DNA of 56,583 nucleotides, the filler included, from Squatina squatina (Eukaryota): the NCBI GenBank assembly GCA_031763465.1. It is 3 parts of 3 records of this genome, joined end to end, with 100 filler letters (N's around TTAATTAATTAA, not from the genome) between each part and the next. Parts side by side here need not be neighbours in the genome. Positions count along the whole stretch, not along the records: positions 38,146 to 56,583 come from JARFOE010000194.1; 2 more parts are not named here. The stretch is one strand, 5' to 3'. Positions within the stretch are counted from its first letter, which is position 1, and every line of letters starts with the position of its first letter. The position numbers were made by a program, and so were the translations under genes. Shown in pieces: positions 50,662 through 56,583 of this stretch. Below the pieces are notes generated by a model, which made no database searches, was not told the origin of the DNA, and saw only the letters and a program-made list of their open reading frames with translations.

Positions 50662-51837
50662 NNNNNNNNNNNNNNNNNNNNNNNNNNNNNNNNNNNNNNN
50701 NNNNNNNNNNNNNNNNNNNNNNNNNNNNNNNNNNNNNNNNNNNNNNNNNNNNNNNNNNNNNCTTGACCTGAAGCCATGAGACTTCATGGGGTCCGGAGTC
50801 AATGTTGAGGACTCCCAGGGCCACCCACTCCCGACAGTATACCACTGTGCCGCCAGCTCTGGTGGGTTTGTCCTTCGAATGGGACAGGAGGGTGATGAAG
50901 GAGTCTGGGACATTGGCTCAAAGGTATGATTTTGTGTGTATGACTATGTCAGGCTTTTGCTGTTCGGGGAACCTAAAGACAGCTTTACTGAGCTTTTGTG
51001 AGTTGGAGTGCTTGACAAAAGGAAGTCCTATTGCTTAGCATTGACATATTTCACCCTGAACAGCAAATACTCAGCCCTCCATCAAATTATTTATTGTGAA
51101 ATGTAAAATTAACTTAGATAACAACTTGATTAATATTATAGTCAAGAGGCTAGTGAGATGCAACATATAAAATCTTTGCCCTTTAATGTGAGAATGTGAA
51201 TAACATACTTCAAAAATTAAAATGCCATTCCTGACTAATCAAGAAATGTAATAGGGTACATGGGAATATAGTCAGGGTCATACAATGTGTTCCAGCTGTT
51301 ACTGTCCAGTCACAGTCTGATCTTCCTTTATTCAATTTTGTTCTTTGCTATTGCCTATCCTCAATTGCATGCTAGGATAGTGGGAGATGTCGTTCATCCA
51401 AACAGACAAAAGCGTACCCAAGACATGCATGCAGATGAGATACACACAACATACATGTGCAAGTATGTAGGAATTAGATATAGTTCTTAGTTCTTATGAC
51501 TAAAGGGATCATGGGATATGGGGAGAAAGCAGGAACAGGGTACTGAATTTGGAAGATCAGCCATGATCATAGAAACATAGANNNNNNNNNNNNNNNNNNN
51601 NNNNNNNNNNNNNNNNNNNNNNNNNNNNNNNNNNNNNNNNNNNNNNNNNNNNNNNNNNNNNNNNNNNNNNNNNNNNNNNNNGGCCAAGCCCTATATAACG
51701 GAAGAAACCGCAAGAGTCTAGACTGAAAGAAAATGACTCTTGATAGTAATTTATCTTATATGTTCGGAAAAATAAAAAGATTAGAGAAAAGACCGCAAGG
51801 CTTTTCTGAATTTGTAGAGCAACAATGAAGTTGCCAT

Positions 51838-51851
51838 GTTGCTATGGCGAT
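51838..51851. promoter_or_regulatory. RFX X-box-like motif
   Basis: GTTGCTATGGCGAT overlapping a second half-site GTTGCCATG, in a locally CpG-enriched stretch. Confidence 0.3.
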
Positions 51852-52367
51852 CCTACCACAGAGGATTAGCGTGAGGCAGCTGCTTCGGGTTACTGTCTCC
51901 GACAACGCAATGCAACTGCCAGCATACTAACACGGCTTTACTGGGTATAAAATGTTCCAGTAGACTCCACAATGTTTTACGCACATTGTGAATTTTTAAT
52001 GCTCAAGTCATTGCGAGTTGACGCTCCTCCATTCAATCCCACCTGATGCCATGGGAACACTGTCTAGGCCGAGGCAATCCTCAAAGGTTATTTCGAGAGT
52101 GTCCAATTAAATCGGAGGGGAATGCCCTCCAATGTTTTCTGTTGTCACAAACTTGGGAGAAATGGCGAGACTTTTCCTCCGCTGAAGTGTTGTGAGGAAA
52201 ATTGCACGTTAGAGGCCTTTCAGAAAGGGCCCGTCGTCAGATCTCAGGGTATTACTGGGGGGAAATTGATATTTCATCGCAACATTGAGGGTGAATCAAA
52301 ACAAAAAGTGCTAGAGATGCACATCAGCTCAGCTACACTCTGAAAGAGAACAAGACAGGGTAAAGTT

Positions 52368-52510
52368 TCACACAAAAGCAAAATACTGTGGATGTTTGGA
52401 ATCTAGAATATAAATAAGAAACGCTGGAAAAACTCAGCAGGTCAGGCAGCATCTGTGGAGAGAAAAACAGAGTTAATGTTTCGGGTCGATGACCTTTCTT
52501 CAGAACTGAA
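52368..52510 (-). mobile_element. Penelope-like element terminal-repeat fragment
   Basis: Minus strand tctctccacagatgctgcctgacctgctgagtttttccagcg, preceded by a hammerhead motif. A GIY-YIG fragment lies nearby. Confidence 0.72.
52471..52507 (-). ncRNA. Degenerate minimal type I hammerhead ribozyme
   Basis: AGTT-CTGAAGA-a-aGGTC-atc-GACCc-GAAA-ca-TT-AACT: both core boxes, stem II and stem I are present. Confidence 0.65.
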
Positions 52511-52642
52511 AAAATGCCAGAAATACAAGAAGTTTTAAAGCANNNNNNNNNNNNNNNNNNNNNNNNNNNNNNNNNNNNNNNNNNNNNNNNNNNNNNNNNN
52601 NNNNNNNNNNNNNNNNNNNNNNNNNNNNNNNNNNNNNNNNNN

Positions 52643-52718
52643 TAGTCACCTCAGAACCCACAACTCCGGAGTGGAAGCAAGTCATCCTCGACCTCGAGGG
52701 ACTGCTAAAGAGAAGAGG
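52643..52718 (+). mobile_element. RTE-like LINE 3' tail
   Basis: Matches 33500-33570 (cacctcagaacccacaactcc.gagtggaagcaagtc). Confidence 0.7.
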
Positions 52719-53733
52719 CACTTCAAAAGTACTTCATTGGCTGTAAGGCGCATTCGGACGTCCTAGGGTCAGGAAAAGTTCTACATAAATGCAAATTGAT
52801 CCTTTCTACTTAAGCCGTGATGAAGCAAAGTCTAAATCCGTTTGAAGGCGACAGGGCGAATGGGCAACGGATTAAAAAGGTTGTTAGTTTACAAATGTTT
52901 TCCTTTGGACCGTTGGGCTAAAGTTGTTAAATATTTTGCTCAAAATGGTTTAGATTGGCGGTAAGGTTTAGTAATGAAAAAAATAACCCAGTGATATTTT
53001 GGCTTTTTAAAGTGGTCAGTCTAGCCGAACAATGGAATTACAAGACTGTCAGACATGACCCCATTCAGAGGCAGACACTTCAGTTGACTCACCATCTGTC
53101 CAATTAGAAGGAACAGAGGCATATAAAATGTTTATAATTTGACAAGCATTGGGCTTTTAATGATTATCCATGAGGTAATCCAATATAACAAAATACCACA
53201 ACTTCTTTCAAACATTAACAGCCTCGTCCTGCCTGCCTGAATAATGTTTAATTAATGTCTGGAAAGGATTAAAAGAAAGAGTAACGAAATGTCTTTGTTG
53301 GTCATTTGCTCGTAGGATGTTGTGTTCTTTAACGTCCTCATGCTTTGTAATGGAAAATGACATTGGCGATAATGCAATATCTCATTGCTTAGACATTCGA
53401 ATGCCAACCCAGGCTGAAATGTAGACTTAACAAGAGAGCTTGTGTCTGAAGACAAAGAGCATTAGATCTTGCGAACCAACAGGAAATTGGAATAATGAGT
53501 GCCTCTTTTCCCTCCCCCTGCAGCCCTTTTGGAGTGGGCAGAGACTGAATTAGAGAGTATTCTGGCTTTCTAACAGTAAGTCGCCAGCTTCAAGTACTTT
53601 ATTTTTGTGGTGTGAGGAAGAGAAAGTGGCACTNNNNNNNNNNNNNNNNNNNNNNNNNNNNNNNNNNNNNNNNNNNNNNNNNNNNNNNNNNNNNNNNNNN
53701 NNNNNNNNNNNNNNNNNNNNNNNNNNNNNNNNN

Positions 53734-54245
53734 GACATTTCCGCCACCTCCAGTGTGATCCCACTATCAAACACATCTTTCCCTCCCCTCGCTCTCAGCA
53801 TTCCGAAGGGACCGCTCCCTCCACGACACCCTGGTCTACACCTCCAACACCCCTAGCATCCCCTCCCCTTCCCACGGCACCTTTCTTTGCAAGCACAGGA
53901 GCTGCTACACCTGACCTTTTACCTCCTCCCTGCTCACTGTCCAGGGACCCAGACACTCCTTCCAGGTGAGGCATCAATTTACTTGTACCTCTTTCAATTT
54001 AGTATACTGTTTTTGCTGTGTCTCATTTACATTGGGGAGACCAAATGCAGATTGGATGACTGCTTTGCAGAACACCTCAGTTCAGTTCATAAGCTTGACC
54101 CCGAGCTTCTGGTCCCCTGTCATTTTAATTCTCTGTTTCATTCCCACTTTGATCACTCTGTCCTTGACCTCTTACACTGTTCCAATGAAGCTCAACGTAA
54201 GCTCAAGGAACAGCACCTCATCTTTCATATGGGCACTTTACAGTC
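53734..54245 (+). mobile_element. Penelope-like retroelement GIY-YIG endonuclease fragment, frameshifted
   Basis: FTCTSFNLVYC / LIYIGETKCRLDDCFAEHL...VPCHFNS...RKLKEQHLIFHMGTLQ. Confidence 0.88.
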
Positions 54246-55890
54246 ATAGAAAATAGAAACATAGAAAATAGGAGCAGGAGTTCGGCNNNNNNNNNNNNNN
54301 NNNNNNNNNNNNNNNNNNNNNNNNNNNNNNNNNNNNNNNNNNNNNNNNNNNNNNNNNNNNNNNNNNNNNNNNNNNNNNNNNNNNNNCCTCAGGTGACACT
54401 AGAAAACTGAGTTAACCCCCACATATTTGTCCTGAACCCTTTCTTATGAATGTTTTGGATGAGTTTCTACATCCTTATTGTGTGCAGCAGAACTCTTCAC
54501 AAAGTTATGAAGAAAGGACTGGAAGATGCCATACTGTGCTATTGTGATGTAATTTCGGAAGCTGGACCCTATTCGGTCAATGGCAATACAATAATGGTCA
54601 CTTGAAGTCAAAGGTCACATTCGCTACTGCCTGTAGAGAAGGGACCATGCATTCACAGGTCTGAATTAGCATTCTCTTTGCATAAATGTGTGTAATTAGT
54701 TTGAACTGGAAACGTCATTATGTCATTCAGTTATGTTGTCCAATTTGTAACCCAACGTTAATGGTAGTTTGTGTATGTGAATGGTATTGTGCAGGTTGAC
54801 GCAAATAGTACTTCTCAGCTTTGCTCTTTCCTGCCCTACAAAGATACTCATTTCCCTGGTAACAGAAACACGCTTAAAGGCATTCGCCGACATCACCTAA
54901 AGCTGGTTTCAATGACGCAAGTCTCTGAGACTGCACTGCCTTTTCTCGGGGCCTGCAGCACACAGGAGCTAATTGTCTCCAAGGAGACAGCTTCTGTGTC
55001 TGATGGTCTCCTAATAGCCATGAAGGCATCTTGCACACAGAGNNNNNNNNNNNNNNNNNNNNNNNNNNNNNNNNNNNNNNNNNNNNNNNNNNNNNNNNNN
55101 NNNNNNNNNNNNNNNNNNNNNNNNNNNNNNNNNNNNNNNNNNGTACAGATTCTGGGATCAGTCGAGTCCCTACTGTCCATATTACATATTCGAGGATCTG
55201 TGTATTCCACAAGGTCTAGAGAATTGATTTTGGAGTCTGCCTGGTCCCTCCGTTACTCTAATTTGGATTCAAGGCTATGTCTGGAACAGACTTTGAGGTT
55301 TGACAAATATCCCCAGATTTTATCATTTCAATCAGGTTTCCGAACTGTCCCTATGCCTTATTCTTTAGATTCACTGACACGACATTTCTTTCATAGAAAT
55401 AACACTTATAGTTGGTCAGGGTTCCAATATTCTGAGAACAAAAATTAAATTCCTCTTCAATCTGAAGTGTTCCCAGATCATGTAATGAGAGCCTGAGAGC
55501 AGAAGTGTGCTTCATTCAGATGACAAGTGAGATTAGACAAATTCCTTCCTGCATAACTGCTCAGTTTATTGGCCTGTGGCTTGAACAAGGTATTTCCTGT
55601 GGGGCTCGTTTTACGGGCCAGGAAATCCTAAGGACATAGATATACGTTGTTGGATTTTCTTGTATTAAGATTTCTTGTTGCAAAGTTTTGTTTTTCTTGT
55701 ATTGCTCGACTCTTTGCGTAAAAGCTGCTCCCCTTTCAACTCAAACCCCTCCACCATTACGACCATGTCTTTATTCTTCCAGGCTGTGGCTCCAGACATC
55801 AGAGGTCTCAAGGATGTACAAGGTCACCAGATTTGTATCTCTCATTTGGTTTCTGTATTATTCTGTATTTGTTGACTTACCAAGGAAGAT

Positions 55891-56285
55891 AGAATTTGCA
55901 TTTACACAGCACCGATCATGCCTTCAGAACGTCACAAAGCTGTTGCAGATGTTTAAAGTGTAGTCACTGTTGCAATATATTGAAACAAGACATTTTTTTG
56001 CACAGCAACAACCCACAAACAGCATTGAGATAAATCACCAGATAATCTGTTCTGGAGATGGATGAGTGTTGGCCAGGTCACCGTGAACGCTGGGATACCG
56101 TAACTCAACCTGAGAGGGCAGACAGGGCCTCAGTATGCCTTGTCCAAAACACAACACCTCTGACAATACAGTACTACCTCAGTACAGTGCTGAAGCGTTA
56201 GACTAGATTATGTGTTGTCGTGGGCTTTGAAATCACAACATACTGACTCAGAGGTGAGAGCGCTACCATTGAGCCAAGGCTGACA
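55891..56285 (-). mobile_element. Deu-domain SINE, diverged full-length copy
   Basis: Colinear with 23368-23794 (acctgagagggcagac core; ctgactcagaggtgagagcgctaccattgagccaaggctgaca head). Confidence 0.82.
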
Positions 56286-56346
56286 ATTTACATAGAGCAA
56301 TCTTTCCTTTGGTTGTATAGGGAGTCCCGAGGAGTGGGAGGTCAAT

Positions 56347-56583
56347 GGCCCTGAAATTGCGATCAGAGTCTTCCTGCGTACGGTGGTCTCGGTCGCAAAA
56401 ACATTTACGCACTTACCTAAGGGTCTTCGATCCACGCGACCTTGTGAGTTTGAGTCCCCCCGAGTTGGAGATTTGGAGTGGAGCTCTGTCGGTTCCCGGG
56501 CACATCAAGCGAAGACTGTGGAGAGTTCACATGGAAGGCCCCAACCAATCAGGTTGGTGTATCTTTCATTCAAGTTTTGACAG
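56347..56583. mobile_element. Left end of a probable MITE running off the window
   Basis: AAT then GGCCCTGAAATTGCG, resembling the TIR at 40238, followed by CpG-rich sequence. Confidence 0.45.

Noticed and set aside
54771-55448. 225-aa ORF
   Set aside because: It spans a 100-N gap of unknown size, has a non-ATG start and shows no recognisable motif.

Overview
This is eukaryotic, vertebrate genomic DNA, most likely from a shark or ray. That assignment is inferred from the repeat content: CR1-type LINEs with 8-bp tails, tRNA-headed Deu-domain SINEs, and Penelope and RTE fragments. The assembly is very fragmented, with contigs of about 1-2 kb joined mostly by 100-N gaps. Two artificial N44-TTAATTAATTAA-N44 linkers (14948-14959, 38090-38101) suggest three concatenated pieces: 1-14903, 15004-38045 and 38146-56583. 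Recognisable genes are a two-exon SIAH2 on the minus strand with its CpG-island promoter, a ~4.5 kb FSIP2-like coding exon on the minus strand with one frameshift, and two EGF-A/EGF-B exons of an LDLR/VLDLR-family receptor, the second ending in a GC donor. The rest is intronic or intergenic DNA with LINE/SINE fragments, Harbinger-type remnants and MITEs, a Penelope GIY-YIG fragment, a degenerate minimal hammerhead ribozyme and several minisatellites. I found no convincing undescribed multi-gene system. The best leads are the divergent FSIP2-like exon, the divergent VLDLR-like exons, the hammerhead, the MITEs and an inverted CR1 junction. Repeat boundaries are approximate and family names come from motif recognition, not database searches.
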